A DNA stretch of 63,064 nucleotides, filler included, from Squatina squatina (Eukaryota): the NCBI GenBank assembly GCA_031763465.1. It is 4 parts of 4 records of this genome, joined end to end, with 100 filler letters (N's around TTAATTAATTAA, not from the genome) between each part and the next. Parts side by side here need not be neighbours in the genome. Positions count along the whole stretch, not along the records: positions 44,180 to 63,064 come from JARFOE010304597.1; 3 more parts are not named here. The stretch is one strand, 5' to 3'. Positions 53,041 through 63,064 of this stretch are shown here, piece by piece (the stretch's first letter is position 1; every line of letters begins with the position of its first letter). Under the pieces are notes generated by a model, which did not search any database, was not told the origin of the DNA, and saw nothing but the letters and a program-made list of their open reading frames with translations. Both the position numbers and the translations under genes were made by a program.

Positions 53041-53238
53041 AGAGAGCTGGGAGATAAACTTGAGAAATATGTGCTTTCAGAGCTCGCACAGCTGGGCACC
53101 AACTGGAAAGGTTTAAAATAAGGAATTGTCATTAATCGATACAGTAAATTCTGAAAATTAATTAAACGACTCTAAAAATGATGGCTTACTGTGAATCTGA
53201 GTGGAAATAAACCGTATTGATCTTGTTATCTCTTGCAG

Positions 53239-54131
53239 TTAACATGATTGCGATTGTAATCCTGGCGCGAGGAAAGTGCTGCCTCTCCAAATGTATCACA
53301 CACTACCTGTTCGCCATGGCAACGGCTGATCTCCTGGTTGTTTTTACGGCTGTAATATTAAGGTGCACTGTTGAAATGTATTTCCCACTTTCATTCTTGA
53401 ACATTACTACCGTGTGCTGTATAAATGCAGTCCTCATTTGTGCAGCCATGACAGCCTCTGTCTGGTTCACAGCAGTTTTCACCTTTGATCGATTTGTGGC
53501 CATTTGTTGTCAGAAGCTGAAAACTAAATATTGCACTGAGAAAACTGCAGGGGTTGTTATCGGCGTTGTGTGTGTACTGAGCTCTTTGCTGAATATTCCT
53601 TGGTATTTTTTATTTGAACCTCTCTATATAATTGACAATGTACCCCGGGATTGTGTTTGGAACCCAAACTTTTTTATTGCACCCGCATGGGCAGCGTTTG
53701 ACTTGTTTAATGTCACTTTAACACCTTGTTTTCCATTTGTTCTGATAATGCTGCTCAATTTTCTCACTGCCAGACATATATTAATGTCCAGTGCAGTCCG
53801 CAGGAGATTCCATGGCTGCCACAATGCAGAGAATCACAAGGACACAGAGATGGAGAATCGAAGGAAATCCATCATTTTACTATTCAGTATTTCTGGCAGT
53901 TTTGTTGTGCTATGGGCAACATTTATTTTTCAAGTTCTATATCTCCGTATAAGTGTGATTCAGCATTCTGATGTTAATGACATTGAACTGGTGGGATTCA
54001 TGATTCAGCATTTCAATTGCTGCACAAACACGTTTATTTATGTGCTGACACAGGAGAAATTTAGAGGGGAGCTAAAGAATTGGATGAAATATACACTGAG
54101 TTTAATTGCAAAATTATTCAATGACAGATAA
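53239..54131 (+). CDS. Class A orphan GPCR, GPR139/GPR142-like (elasmobranch-expanded type), main coding exon
   Basis: Uninterrupted frame with six clear hydrophobic helices plus the end of TM1: AMATADLL (TM2), SVWFT..FTFDRF (TM3), NIPWYF (TM4), PCFPF..LLN (TM5), NTFIY (TM7). TCTCTTGCAG acceptor before 53239 implies a short upstream TM1 exon that I did not find in the window. Confidence 0.88.
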
Positions 54132-55559
54132 AGCTAAAGCCTTTATACAAAATGTTTATTGTCGATTGCAGTAAAGAGCAAACAGTTTCCACAGGATTAA
54201 TCGATATGGGTACCTTTTTTGAGGTAAATTTCTTAATCGCTGGTTTATGTGAGATCTTCCCATTGACACACTGTGTTGTGTATCGCCACACATATGAGTC
54301 TGATTTTAAATATAGTGCTGTGATTTATCATTAAAATTAAAATATATGATGACTGAACATGCACAGATGATTATTAATGGACCCACGATGATTGATTGCA
54401 GGGATCAAGGCCAGCTTGAAGACTAAGACAGTATTGTGTATCCTTAGAACTAGTTTTCCGATTAGAAGAGAAAACTAGCATTCCCATGTCAACCACCTGT
54501 AAATCTCAAAAGAAAATGGAAATTTCCAAGAGTGGAAATTCCCCATTTGCCTCTTCTAGGCTAAATTATCTTCAGTGGTGGATTGACTACATAAATGGGC
54601 CTGAAAAGTATGCACCACACATCAGTCTCAGTCCTTTTATAACCAGTCCACTTCAGCTCAGGATACCTTCATAAAATGTTGACACCGCAGAGTACAGGCG
54701 CCTCCTGTCAGCAGTGCACGTCTGTGGGTAAACTCGCTGATGCTGTGATCGTTGAAAGAGCCAAAATAACTATTTGTTCGGTAGTATCGACTTCTCCGAG
54801 GACCAAACCATAACACTAAATACTCGTAATTTCACGGGCTGTTCTCTGCAATCTGGAAACTTACTGCCCTGTTTACTTTTTGCTCCAACATAAAGAGGCC
54901 CAAGAATATTGTGACCCAGCTCCACAGAAGATGACCTTGCTTGTTGTTCCTCTTTCCAGCAAGTTATTGATGCGGGAATAATTTTACTGACCTTACGAGG
55001 CCAGCCAAATAAATTAGGCACGCGCATGACCTGCAAGAGTCCAGTGCAAAAAGCATGATTCCCAATTCCAGCCACATTCCGCTCAATGCATCAAACAATA
55101 TCTGAAATTCACCGTCTACATACAAGATATTTCAACATATCTTAGATACTTCTTTCATCACGGAATCTTATTTTCCAAAGGTGTGAACAGGCTAAGAAGC
55201 AGTCGAAGGATCTTTTGATAGTTATCCCGTTATCAGTACACGTTTTCATCCAATTGATCAATCGGCTTTGAAACCAGAGTTGTTTCATAAATCGTTTTGG
55301 ATCAATTTCACTCGAGCAACTAGTTTCTGAAATGGATTTAGCTCAGAATCAAAAACAAGGAAGAATTAACCACAATCTGCATCGATTGTAATGTTAAATC
55401 CTCCCGTCCAATTCAGGTGCTCTTCGCATTGAGGCCAGTTGTCTGTATTTAAGTTGCAACGAATGGGAGCTAAAAAAGGGAGTGCTTAATCTTTCACCAG
55501 GTGTCTCAGCATCATTAACTATACTCTACTTTCAATAGTGGAAAACCACTCAGGCAGAT

Positions 55560-56228
55560 CAAAACCATCCAGGACAAAGCAGCCTGCTTGATGGCTCCCC
55601 ATCCACCACCTTCAACATTCACTCCTTCCAACACCAGTGAACCGAAGTTGCAGTGAGTGTCATCTACAATTTGCACTGCAGCAACTCAGCAAGGCTTCTA
55701 CTGCTGCTCCTCCCAAACCCGCGACCTCTACCACCCAGAGGGACAAGGGCAGCAGTCGCAGGCGAATCCCGTCATCTTTAAGTGCCTTCAAGTTATGCAC
55801 CATCCTGACTTGGAACTGTTGTGTGCACTGCTCTACTGAATTATCTCCTGTGTGGAGCATCTGCCTTGTCACTTTGCGAAGAAAGTGTCTGTGTTTTACT
55901 GTGAGGAGAGCCCAAGAGAGTATTTTCATAGTTGGCAATATAAATTGTCTGGAAGTGCCTGGATTGAACCCAGGACGTCACACCTGCGTAATCAGCGCCC
56001 TACCACTGAATGCATCCTAATCACCTCCAACCATGCTGACAAGTTCCTTCACTGTCGCTGGGTCATAATTCTGGAACTCCCTCCCAAACTCGACTGTGGG
56101 AGCACCTTCAACATACAGACCACGACGGTGCAAGAAGTTGGTTCACAACCACCTTCTCAAGTGAATTAGGGATGCGCAATTAATGTTGCCTCATCAGCGA
56201 AACCCACATCCCATGAAGGAATAAAAAA
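55560..56228 (+). mobile_element. LINE 3' fragment interrupted at about 55817-56040 by a segment carrying a tRNA-like remnant
   Basis: CAAAGCAGCCTGCTTGAT...CCATCCTGACTTGGAACT // GTTCCTTCACTGTCGCTGGGTC...CCCACATCCCATGAAGGAATAAAAAA. Confidence 0.7.
55950..56018 (-). pseudogene. Decayed tRNA-Ala-like sequence
   Basis: Reverse complement AGGATGCATTCAGTGGTAGGGCGC...GACGTCCTGGGTTCAATCCAGGCACTTCCA aligns with the vertebrate tRNA-Ala body; stems and anticodon are degraded. Confidence 0.65.
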
Positions 56229-56276
56229 CACATAATGCACTCACTCGTTCTTTCCTTGGTAGATGGCGTTTCGTCT

Positions 56277-56304
56277 GGGATGTAGATCAGTGGTGGAGCG
56301 CATG
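56277..56304 (+). pseudogene. tRNA-Ala-like 5' half
   Basis: GGGATGTAGATCAGTGGTGGAGCGCATG versus tRNA-Ala GGGATGTAGCTCAGTGGTAGAGCGCATG (2 mismatches in 28). Confidence 0.65.
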
Positions 56305-56810
56305 ACTGTTGGTCCTTGCTTTCATTCCATGGAAATTAATATTTACCAGAGTTGTCCACAGAAATTTGCAATACCGAGGCAATTATCATACAATTCGCCT
56401 GGAGCTAGTCTGCATCCCAATGCTCCTCATCCGCCAGATAATCGCAGCCGCTGAGCGACCGGATTGTAATGGCACCTTACACAGCGGACATTCACAGCTC
56501 TTGTTCCTGCTTCAAGAAAAGTGTTTCCAACTCAACTCCTGATTCATAGTTCGGATGTTATCCTCATCAATAAAACGTGTCCATTGCATTTATACAACCC
56601 TTCTGTTTTATGAAATGTTCAAATTAAAGAGTAGAAGAAACCTCCTGTACTGAAGCCGGGGTTGAAGAGATTGAGCCCGCGGCATCGCTGGGCAGCTGGT
56701 TGTCTGCGATAGTCAATCAACAAAAACCTACATTTATATAGCACCTTCAACGCTGGTTTTCTGTGAGAGATGTTACCTGTCTGTTAAAAACAGCGCTGTC
56801 ACTTATCACT

Positions 56811-56853
56811 GGGAATGTGGCTCATTGATATAGCTCAATTCCCGGCATCACCA
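56811..56853 (+). pseudogene. Internally deleted tRNA-Ala-like remnant
   Basis: GGGAATGTGGCTCA...TCAATTCCCGGCATCACCA retains the 5' and 3' ends only. Confidence 0.45.
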
Positions 56854-58904
56854 GACACTATATATTGCCCACTGTGAAACGATGCGCTTGGGCTCACCTA
56901 ACATTTACAGAGAAGAAGCCGATGCTCTGTACAGGAGATCATTAATTGGTGCAGTGCAAACACCGTTTCAGAGTCTGCCGTCCCAGGATGGAATTCTGAG
57001 CCCAGTTACAACAGTGAAGGTTAAGGGGATGTTGTATTGAGGCGTTCAAAATATTGACTGGTTTTGCTAATGAAGGTAAGCAGAATATCTTTGTCATGGG
57101 CTGGAGGGTAGCTAACCAAATGAGCACAGATTCTAGATAAATGGCAACAGAACCAGAGTAGAGAGAAGGACATTTTGTTTTGATGCAGTGATTTTAATGA
57201 TCTGGAATGCAGTGTCTGATAACGTGGTGGATGAACATTAAATAAACAAACAATGACAAAGGGAAAATAATAAAGACTTCAAACGGGTTAAAATTGGATG
57301 TCTGTGGGAAAGTTCTGCGGCGTAGGTGCGGGGAATAGTGCGGATGGCACAGCGATTAATCATTCACTCTTTCCGAGAGCCGGCACAGGCACGTGGGGCT
57401 GAATGCCCTCCTTCTGTGCTTTAAGAATCTACAATTCTGTGAACATTGTCGGTGATTTTAATGCATAATTACGTGGAGCTACTTAAATTTGATGTGATCC
57501 TAAAATTCCAAGCAGATTATAGAGATAACCCTCTGGTCAAGAAGTTCCCTTAAATGTTGCTCTGTATGGAACCGAGACACTTTAAAATTCACATATCGCC
57601 CATCATTTCCACACAGCCTGTGGTGAGCAGCACTGAAGTGAGAATTCATCGGAAAGTGCAAATATTGCGGTAGTGTGGAGCCCTTGAGGACCATCAGAAA
57701 GTGGCACTGCAAGTCCTGAGGCTTCTGACAGGAGGTGGGTCAATGCATTTACAGCTGGAGGTTAAACAGGAGGCTGAGATAGAACAGCTCAGTCCAAGAG
57801 GGGGAAATGTCAGTATATCTAGCACTATGTGTCCTGACCCACGCACCCACACAGGCCTTTTTGATTGCTTCTTTATTCTGCCTGTAGACAATTAATTACC
57901 CATGGAGTCCCACTCCAAAGACTTTCATCCGGAAATTGTACCCCGAAGCGCCCGTTTTAAAAGCCTTCCAATCCGCCTTATGTGGCTTCTTAAAATATAG
58001 TTCTCTGATCAGATATTGATCGTCTGTCCTAATGTCTCTTTTCCTTTGGCTCAGTATCAATGTTTTCCCTCATCTCGCTCCCGTGAAGTGCCCTGGGAGG
58101 TTTCACTACGATAAAGGGCGCTGTATCAGTGCAAGTTGTTGTTGCTCTCAGGTGAGCACACTTCCGAGTTCAAATCCCTTGGGGGGATCAGGTGACAGAG
58201 AGCGTTATTAACTGAGCACCATCTGTGACAAGGGGCAGATACAGGAAGTGTGACAGTTACAAGTGTCCAGCTTGTTCCCTGCTGAGTTTGAACCAAGTCC
58301 CATGAATAATCTTTCTTGTGTATGCTTTTATTCTTTATACATTGAAGTTCACTCTAAATTTCGGCGAAGGGAAGGAATTGAAACAGAGAACTTCAACCGT
58401 TTATTCCAATTTATTTAAATACAATTCTCGAGATTTGAATGTCGCTGGCAGTGTCCGAAATGTTTGTTGATCCCGACTTGTCATTGAAAAGGTGATGGTG
58501 AGCCTGATGTTTCAACCGCCTCAGTCTATGAGTCCCACAATGCTGTTAGGTAGTGAGTTCTTTTGTATTCAGCACCTAATATATTCTTTTCTCTACGAAA
58601 GTGCCACAATCTTCGAGTCATTCATTTCAAAGTTGCTCCTCTCGATGCTTTCTTAACACACGGAATGCAGTTGGACAACAATGCACTGGGCAAGCAACCT
58701 GTGCGAGCGGGCACTCAGTTCTGCACCAACACAATTGAGGTGGATACAGGACAAGCTGAATCTGTGCCAGAGTCCCAGCCGTAAGCCCTACGTTGGCGCA
58801 GTCGATCCATGCTTAAGGCTAATGGAGAATCTCAACCTGTCGATTTTTCTCTCCCTCTCTGAACAAATTCCACCTACACCATTCAGTCAGTTCACTGTGG
58901 TCTG

Positions 58905-59340
58905 TTATGTGCCTTTATCATGTTCCACCAGATTCTTGGTTGTACCCTCCCATTGAACGTAAGTGCCTTTTTTGGTAATTCTGAACACATTGATGTCTTC
59001 ATTTGAAACGCTGTGAACACTTTCAGCATAAAACGCTATGGAAGGAGCCTCTCATGAAAATCGATAGCTACCAGGTATTCATGCATCTTCGAACAAAAGT
59101 ACATGACAGTGTTTTTGGTTTCAGGTAGGGACTTAATCTGTAAGTGGAATGCAAGCGGCATGTAGACGATATCTGATCCCATGCTGATGCCATATTCTGT
59201 CAGAACCTGACCATGCTTTTTACCCCACCCAAGAACAGAGGCTTTTGAACGCTGGATAATGTGGCTGGTGATATTCTGGGTGATGTTGTATTCTACTTCA
59301 TCCAGAGCGATCCTTTGGTCTGTCAAACTTACATATCTAC
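58905..59340 (-). pseudogene. EEF1AKMT3: EEF1AKMT3/METTL21B-like lysine methyltransferase pseudogene, terminal exon
   Basis: VSLTDQRIALDEVEYNITQN...VLGWGKKH...MGSDIVY...VMYFCSKM...FHERLLP*RF, then frameshifted NEDINVFRI. Collinear with METTL21B (VTITD..ALEQIQGNV..LSWG..GADIVY..IYLASKM..FFQHLLPQHF..DENVNIYR). TAG at 59036-59038; the expected acceptor reads CAT instead of CAG. Confidence 0.82.
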
Positions 59341-60201
59341 ATGCCAAAATAAATTTAAAGAATAATAATGTTTCTCAATTTGGCGCTTGCCCAAGGCAGA
59401 AATTTTAATTGATAACTGTGGACACAGAATAATGTGGGCCAGTGCAGATTAATGCAGCAAATGAGTTCATTACAATGAGGATCTATTGAGGTGTCACGCT
59501 ACAAAATATCCAATGAATGAAATGTAAGACATGTAAGTCGTCTGTTAGGTCGGACAGCAGTTGCACTTGTAGATTAGTAATCGAGAACTCTTGAAGACAA
59601 ATGTAGAACATAGGTTTAACTCCAACCATGGCAGTTTGAAAATTTGAGTTCAGTTCAAAAATGTGGAAATAACAAGCTGGAATCAGCATAAGGGTGACTC
59701 ACTGTGTCAGTGTAATATCGAGTGGCCTTTGTGAGTTTTTAGCCCGTTTACCATCTCTCCCATTTTTATTTCCATCTGTCGGCTCGCTGTTACGCATCCT
59801 GAGCTACTGCACAAAGACAACAGCTAACCGAAATTGAACCTGATGATATGAGTTTTCATAAAAACCTGATGGTTTCACTAATGTATTTTAGGGAATGAAA
59901 CCTGCTGTCCTTAACCCATCTGCCCCATAGGAGATTCGAGTCCCACTACAAAAAGATTGATTCGAAACCACCCTCTGAATGGTAATGCTCATGAGATCAA
60001 AAGTAGAGCTGAACACCTGTCAATGGTGAGAATCTCATGAGAAGAACGGACAAAACAGTGGACATTCCTGTATGTAACTGGGGCGTTGCAATGATCAGAT
60101 CCTACCAAAATATTTAGCAATATACAGCGATACTGCAAAGTTGCAATCTACCAATTTGCCTGAAACATACAAACTGCTATCACTTGGAATTTTTCACTCA
60201 C

Positions 60202-60314
60202 CCTAAAGGTTCCAAGAATCCCCACGATCCAATTACACAACTACACTTAATTTCCATCTTCCCAGAGAAAAAAATAACCTATTCTTACTGAAAGTACCGA
60301 CAGAGAAACAGACA
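60202..60314 (-). pseudogene. EEF1AKMT3: EEF1AKMT3/METTL21B-like pseudogene, SAM-binding motif I exon
   Basis: TTGTTCAG acceptor and GTGAGT donor. CLFLCRYFQ*E*VIFFSGKMEIKCSCVIG / IVGILGTF versus [36 protein letters not shown]; two stops, a frameshift and a destroyed GxGxG motif. Confidence 0.75.
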
Positions 60315-60969
60315 CTGAACAACGTGTCGAATTACATTAGAAGGAGTTTGCTGACAAAATTGAGCAGCATTTCTCAAACACTTTCCAGGCTGCAAGACAA
60401 GGTTAAAGTGCCGCTAAATATTTCCATGAGAGATGCAAATCCGATAACTTCGGGCCAGGGAGGAATCAATCCCAATATATGATGCAACAGACGATGCATA
60501 CATCGCAAGTGGAGCGAAAGAGAATGAGACCATTACATTCTGGTATGGAGGGCTGTCACCGAACGCATGGTGCCAGAGGTTGTAGAAAGAGGACCAATAC
60601 TTGATTCCAAGGAGGCTGCACCAATCATTGCTTCGTGCCAGAAAGTGTATCCGAGTTCCTCTAATTCAGACCTCTTGAGCAGCCCCGATTTTAATCGCTC
60701 CATCTTTCAGGTCGTTGCCGTCAACTCCCAAGACCCTTAGCTCCAGAATTCTTACCCTTATCTTTGCAGCCTTTCTACGTATATTTACTGCTTGAAGACA
60801 CCGCATAAAAGTTATAGCTTTGAGCAAGCTGGTGGTCATCGGCCCCAATATCTCCGTGTGCGGCTCAATTTCAAATATCTTTTATATCACACATGTGAAA
60901 CGCCATGGGACGGTTCAATACATTAAAGGTATTGCTTTTAATCTTGTTTTATCCACCGAGTATAAATTT

Positions 60970-61760
60970 AAAGGTACGGACTAGATTTAGACCGTCTCTG
61001 TCAGGAATGGGGAAGAAGAAAACATGAAGATTCTCAACTGGAAGAGAATAATTTCAGTGAGTAGAAAGGAGTTATTGCTGAGCTGGATTCGAAAGAAAGT
61101 TCCTCAAGAAGATCAGTAAATGAGCAAAGGGAAGCGTTCACGCGGGAGATATTTCGGCTACAGCTTAAAGGCATTCCTATGAGGGAGATAAAGGAACAGC
61201 ATCCACATCTGGACCTGTCTGGATAACTAAAGATACGAGGATTGAAATGAAGGAAACATGTTGTCTTCTGATAAATAGCAGGTCCATAATATAATGCAGC
61301 ATGAAGCAGAAACTGATGTGCAGAGAGGAACTGATGTGGGAAATAAAATGGAAAAAACATTGTGAGAAAAAATAACGGGAAGCATATAAAACACCCAGTA
61401 GTATTTTACAAATATGTAAAATGTAAATGGACAGGCGAAGGGAGAGGGAGACCGATTCGGCACAAATAGAAACATATCCTGTGGATGCAGTGCCCATTGC
61501 TCGGGAACCAAATGGTAGGTTTACGTCGATCCTCTTCGAAGCCGAAGCTTCCCGCAAAATCACTGTAGAAATGGAGGGTGTAAATGAAGTGACTCGGATA
61601 ACATTTGGTACAGAGGATTTAGTTAAATGTTGGCAGCGCTCCAAGGAGATAAGCCACGCAGTCTGGAACTGATGCATGTCAGATTGCTGTGGGAAGTAAC
61701 TGTGGAAACTCAATTCATGGAACAGGCTCCTTTGAGAGAAGGTGGATGCAGTAAATATTG
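60970..61760 (+). mobile_element. Highly degenerate CR1 ORF2 fragment
   Basis: Remnants such as NIKHPVVFYKYV and a KAAGPD-like motif; many stops. Confidence 0.5.
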
Positions 61761-63064
61761 AATAGCTCATATGAAAATTTGCTACATTTGTTTCAGAAAA
61801 TAATATTTTGGGAAGCAGCGTATTCGGACTTTGTGTGGTTTCAAAGGCATGTTTAGGAGGAACATATAAAAATCCATTGCCTCATGTCCGGGTCTGTTTA
61901 TGCTAATAGGTAGAGAGTAATTGACATGATTCGACAACAGCTAAATTTTTACAGAATCTTGCGACTACCAGGATGGTAGAAGATGAAAAAGATTGATTGA
62001 TTATCTCTTTGTCCAGCAAATTATTTGTATCGATGAATGTCTGGGTGCAAACCCAATCCTCAAATAAACTTCCTCAACGTGGTGAGGGGGTGTGGCTTTT
62101 AGCTTTGCAGTTAAAGGCAGAGGGTGTGGATTACTTTGCAGCTCAGGCAACATCTGCGGAGAGAAAAATAGATACAAAATATCGGGTCGATGACCCTTCA
62201 TCAGGACTGAAAAAAGGCAGAATTACAGCAATTATTAAAGCACTGAGAGGCAAAGGAGTGGGAGGTGGAAGAGGAGAGTGTAAGACAAAGGGTAACGTAA
62301 TAATGCAATTGTCTGGAAGGCGGAAGAGATTAAGAGATGAAGCAAGGCAATCAGAGGTGGTAATGGCAACATAACGAATCACATTACTTCTGGATGTGGT
62401 GTAAACGGGGGAGAAAAAACAGAAGCAATCATGAAGGAAACAAAAAATAGATTTTCTTTAAAAAGACGCAAAGAAAAAAAATGCATTTAATTGAGAACAG
62501 AAATTTTTATAATGCTGAAACTATTTGGAACAATAGCATTTTTAATTGAACTCAAGGAGGGATACAAACAAGGTAGAGGGTTAGATAGGCAGAAACACGC
62601 ATACAAATACCTAGGCTTTTTCTTGGAGAAAAATAGATTTGGAGATGATCTAACTGAAATTTTCAAAATTATGAGTGAGCAAGAGTAGGGATCCACAGAA
62701 TATTAAACACAACGTTATGTGCACTGCTCTGAAGATGGCAGTGCTTAACAACAAGCTAAAGATTCACCCTTACACCCTTACAAAGAGTATAAGATTCACT
62801 TTCACAACTTACATGGTTACATGCAATTGCTTTCAATTTCACTTTGGCAACACTGGCTTTGTTTTACTGATTGAATTCAATTCCTTTGAAGCAATTATGT
62901 GCATATTTCTCATCCTTCACTGGTATTTGTATTGTTCTCACACTTTGTGTCGTGAAGCTGTTATTTGTCTCTTAGCAGCTTTCAGATTACAAGAACAAAA
63001 CACACAGAAAAATGACCAACCCTTCGGGCCAATTGTCCTCCCCCCACCCTCCCCACACCATCCC

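Noticed and set aside
54700-55500. Non-repetitive-looking stretch downstream of the GPCR
   Set aside because: I could not recognise a protein, RNA or repeat in the frames examined; left unassigned.
59036-59347. Immunoglobulin/TCR V segment (LQIKSL...MYFC looks like FR3)
   Set aside because: No first Cys or WYxQ motif and no RSS heptamer after YFC; the whole ORF aligns better to METTL21B.
62640-62720. Possible first exon of the METTL21B-like pseudogene (minus-strand IFCGSLLLLTHNF)
   Set aside because: It overlaps the antisense of a CR1 motif (GDDLTEIFKIM) and has no suitable donor; probably coincidental.

Overview
This is vertebrate nuclear DNA, almost certainly from a shark or other cartilaginous fish, judged by the CR1/HER1-type LINEs, Deu-domain SINEs and a GPR139-like receptor of the elasmobranch type. 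It is not prokaryotic. The window is four unrelated draft scaffolds joined by artificial N-flanked TTAATTAATTAA linkers (16524, 30860, 44124), and the first three scaffolds contain many fixed 100-N gaps. Scaffold 1 (1-16479) holds the first coding exon of PLXNB2 (minus strand, missed by the ORF track), its likely CpG-rich 5' end, an RTE LINE, a 2.5-kb 34-bp minisatellite and one DENND6B exon. Scaffold 2 (16580-30815) holds four CSMD3 exons, an RBFOX-motif cluster and a decayed Harbinger transposon. Scaffold 3 (30916-44079) holds two RBM47 coding exons. Scaffold 4 (44180-63064) is gap-free and repeat-dense. It contains nested CR1/L2 LINEs, a 1.7-kb solo LTR with a target-site duplication, an intact GPR139-like GPCR exon, three decayed tRNA-Ala-like remnants and an unprocessed EEF1AKMT3/METTL21B-like pseudogene. 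I found no evidence of a wholly new biological system. The most interesting items are the scaffold-4 gene neighbourhood, the solo LTR, the minisatellite and the CSMD3 splicing motifs. All homology calls are by manual translation and recall, not database search, and repeat boundaries are approximate.
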